DNA of 64,000 bases, taken from positions 3,699,394-3,763,393 of the forward strand of contig MU055452.1 of assembly GCA_013239625.1 (NCBI GenBank). The letters are read 5' to 3'. The notes beneath the pieces were generated by a model. The model saw only the letters and a list, made by a program, of their open reading frames with translations. It was not told the DNA's origin and ran no database searches. This stretch comes from Lama guanicoe (taxonomy: Eukaryota). Within the stretch, counting starts at the first letter, position 1; each line of letters begins with the position of its first letter. The position numbers were made by a program, and so were the translations under genes. Positions 63,006 through 64,000 of the stretch are shown in pieces.

Positions 63006-64000
63006 GGAGGCCTCTAACAGGAACTGGAATGAAGACTCCAGTTACAAGGAGATTCTCCCAGAGGGCATGAGGTTGAGCAGAGATGTGCACACCTGTCCAG
63101 CCATACTAGGAAGAGCATTCTCAGGCAGCTCGGCATGGGTGGAAGGCAGGGGAAAAGTTGCTTTAGGGACATGGGTGGCTTGCAGGGAGGCTGGCCCCTG
63201 GGCTGCTGTGACCCACTGCATAGGAGGACTGGGGAGTGAGCTGCCGTGTTCCTCGTGCAATTTCTCTCTGATTCTCCCCACAAGATGTTTGCAGGCTACT
63301 CCTCCTCCAGCTCAGTTAACTAGCTGGTGTGTCTGATGAGCTGCTCGCCTTCTAGAAATGGGTTTGTGAAAATGACACTTTCCTGTCTGAGAGCTTCATG
63401 AGCTTTCTGCGAGATGCTGGCACTTCACGGCAATCTCTGGCCCAAACCCCAACAATGTGATGACACACATCCCCCCCACCCTGAACAACAATTCAAAACA
63501 GTCTCGCAGGGTCAGTTCCCTAGCCCCTCCCAAAAGGGAGACTCCCGGACAATGCCCCGTCAGCCCAGAAGGGGAGAGCCCCAACCAGCGCCCCACTGGG
63601 GAGGAAGCCGAGTGAAGGAGCACGGCTAGGAAGGGAGAACCCCAATCGGCGCTCACTGCAATAGGGAAGGACACCCTGGAGTCGTCACGCGTGAACCCGG
63701 CTACTCACCAGCCGGCCAATCCACGCACTGATGCGCACGCACGAACATGGTCCCACCACCAAAGATCAGGCGAGGTGAGCACGGAAATCCCACTTTCACC
63801 CCCAGGCAGAGGCTTCCAAAGTGTCCTGGCTCCCAAGAGAGAAGAAGCCCAGAATGGCTCAATTCCTGGAAGGGAAGGAGCCCAGGCGGAGCAGGTAGAG
63901 CTTTCCCATCCCGCGCAGGCCAGAGGGGTTCACTCAAAACAATACACGCAGGAACACAATGCACAAGCTACGTCGCGCAGGCAGACGATGAGAGCAGGTA

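Noticed and set aside
25400-64000. Many 60-170 aa ORFs in the GC-richer intergenic half
   Set aside because: No recognisable domains, many non-ATG starts, overlap with repeats, and no coherent exon chain or processed pseudogene.
1-64000. Prokaryote-type systems (CRISPR array, operons, defence islands)
   Set aside because: The sequence is clearly eutherian genomic DNA; there is no repeat-spacer array or operon structure.

Overview
Mammalian genomic DNA, most likely a camelid, since it carries five copies of a Vic-1-like tRNA-derived SINE. No protein-coding exon is supportable. The landmark is a CpG island at about 11.3-12.8 kb holding the promoter and non-coding exon 1 of CTNNB1 (beta-catenin) on the minus strand. 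Exon 1 ends at 11818 (GAG|GTACTT) and positions 1-11817 are the proximal part of intron 1; exon 2 and the ATG lie left of the window. Positions 12.1-64 kb are about 52 kb of upstream intergenic sequence rich in L1, L2, MIR, MaLR/ERVL LTRs and hAT/Tigger elements. The N runs look like length-preserving hard masks rather than assembly gaps: the 132-nt run at the TSS equals the orthologous human segment as I recall it. If so, five clustered masks at 15.2-17.0 kb mark a conserved non-coding block or upstream alternative promoter. Other points of interest are candidate distal enhancers, an ancient inverted L2 duplication and a perfect 83-bp tandem duplication in intron 1, an L1 5' end fused to an L1 3' end, a twin-primed L1, and an L1-mobilised polyadenylated LTR-like fragment. 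I see no evidence of a new multi-gene system. Repeat family names are from recall and need RepeatMasker/Dfam confirmation.
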